A DNA stretch of 24,000 bases from an uncultured Anaerolineales bacterium (GTDB taxonomy: Bacteria > Chloroflexota > Anaerolineae > Anaerolineales > UBA11858): NCBI GenBank assembly GCA_964532455.1, contig CAZHHT010000011.1, positions 1 to 24,000 on the forward strand, read 5' to 3'. Each line of letters opens with the position of its first letter. The stretch's first letter is position 1. Positions 23,143 to 24,000 of this stretch are shown here, one piece after another. The position numbers and the translations under genes were made by a program. The notes beneath the pieces are model-generated. The model was not told the origin of the DNA. It did no database searches and saw nothing but the letters and a program-made list of their open reading frames with translations.

Positions 23143-24000
23143 ATGATGCATGACTTAACACCATACGTAAAAAGAATTGCACTTGACGAGGGAATGCCGT
23201 CTTTGGTCGGCAATACACCCCTGCTACCACTGGTTACGCTGTCCAATAATGGAACCAGCAATGTCCAGGTATTCGCCAAAGCAGAATGGTTTAACCCCAG
23301 CGGATCAGTAAAAGACCGGCCGGCCTGGGGAATCATTCAAAACGCCCTCCATGAGGGACGGATATTGCCCGGGATGCATTTGCTGGATTCCACCTCCGGG
23401 AACATGGGTATTGCTTACACTACCTTTGGATCAGCTTTAGGTATTCCCATCACCCTAGCCCTGCCTTCCAATGCCAGTCCGGAAAGGATAAAAATCCTTC
23501 AGGCGTTGGGCGCAGAGTTGGTGCTCACCGATCCTCTGGAAGGTTCAGACGGCGCCATCCACGTTGCACAGCAAATGGTAGAAGATCATCCAGAAAAATA
23601 TTTTTACGCCAATCAATACGATAACCCTGAGAATTGGAGATCTCATTACAAGAGTACTGGACCGGAACTGCTGGAACAAACCGCTGGAAAAATCACTCAT
23701 TTTGTTGCCGGTATGGGCACCACCGGAACCCTTACCGGCGTTTCCCGCTACTTTGCGAAAAACAATACCGATGTGGAAATTATCGGTGTTCAGCCGGACT
23801 CTCCGTTTAATGGGCTCGAAGGATTAAAGCACATTGCCTCCGCACTGCAGCCCGGGATTTATGATCAATCCGCGGCTGACCGGATCATACCTGTCAAAAC
23901 GGAGGATGCCTACGATATGGTCCGCTGCCTGGCAAGAGAAGAAGGTTACTTTATCGGAATTTCTTCAGGCGCAGCAGCGGTGGCAGCCCGTCAGGTAGCA
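23143..24000 (+). CDS. cysM: Cysteine synthase, CysM/CysK family (PLP-dependent), 3'-truncated by the window end
   Basis: Open frame from ATG 23143 to the window end (286 codons); absent from the ORF track because it has no stop. Motifs: NPSGSVKDR (PLP lysine), STSGNMG, GMGTTGTLTGVSRY, GISSGAA. Close to recalled E. coli CysM. Confidence 0.85.
   Translation, partial: MMHDLTPYVKRIALDEGMPSLVGNTPLLPLVTLSNNGTSNVQVFAKAEWFNPSGSVKDRPAWGIIQNALHEGRILPGMHLLDSTSGNMGIAYTTFGSALGIPITLALPSNASPERIKILQALGAELVLTDPLEGSDGAIHVAQQMVEDHPEKYFYANQYDNPENWRSHYKSTGPELLEQTAGKITHFVAGMGTTGTLTGVSRYFAKNNTDVEIIGVQPDSPFNGLEGLKHIASALQPGIYDQSAADRIIPVKTEDAYDMVRCLAREEGYFIGISSGAAAVAARQVA

Noticed and set aside
23121-23336. 71-aa minus-strand ORF
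   Set aside because: It is antisense to the strongly supported cysteine synthase CDS that runs to the window end.

Overview
Bacterial chromosomal window, mostly housekeeping and metabolic genes on both strands. All calls come from reading the sequence and recalling motifs; no database search was run.

Gene order:
- tRNA cluster: Ser-UGA, Ser-GCU, Arg-GCG.
- surE.
- Minus-strand block: hutI, a small 2-TM protein and an HD hydrolase.
- An orphan atypical OmpR-type response regulator.
- An orphan Mod-like beta-class DNA methyltransferase.
- A COG2403 (cyclic-2,3-diphosphoglycerate-synthetase-like) P-loop protein.
- argS and rpsT.
- A seven-gene plus-strand operon that matches the E. coli sgc cluster almost gene for gene: DeoR regulator, unknown protein, galactitol-type PTS IIB and IIC, M42 peptidase-like SgcX, BtpA/SgcQ, Rpe-like SgcE.
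- RNase P RNA (rnpB). The ORF track mistranslates it as the N-terminus of a 443-aa ORF.
- A fully split cobalamin-dependent methionine-synthase-like module: Hcy-binding, pterin-binding, corrinoid protein and a RACo/RamA-like reductive activase.
- An EamA transporter and a HAD-IB hydrolase.
- About 1 kb of decayed, repeat-rich non-coding DNA.
- The 5' part of a CysM-like cysteine synthase.

Most noteworthy observations:
1. A single in-frame TAG interrupts the otherwise intact corrinoid activase gene.
2. The sgc-like PTS operon has no IIA gene. At that position it carries a strongly RBS-supported 172-aa protein with a PD-(D/E)xK-like motif layout.
3. 48-bp direct repeats duplicate the 3' end of the HAD gene. 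They flank a 570-bp scar that holds an aminotransferase 3' fragment and a 181-bp nested inverted-repeat element.

No CRISPR array, transposase, integrase or recognisable defence operon was seen.
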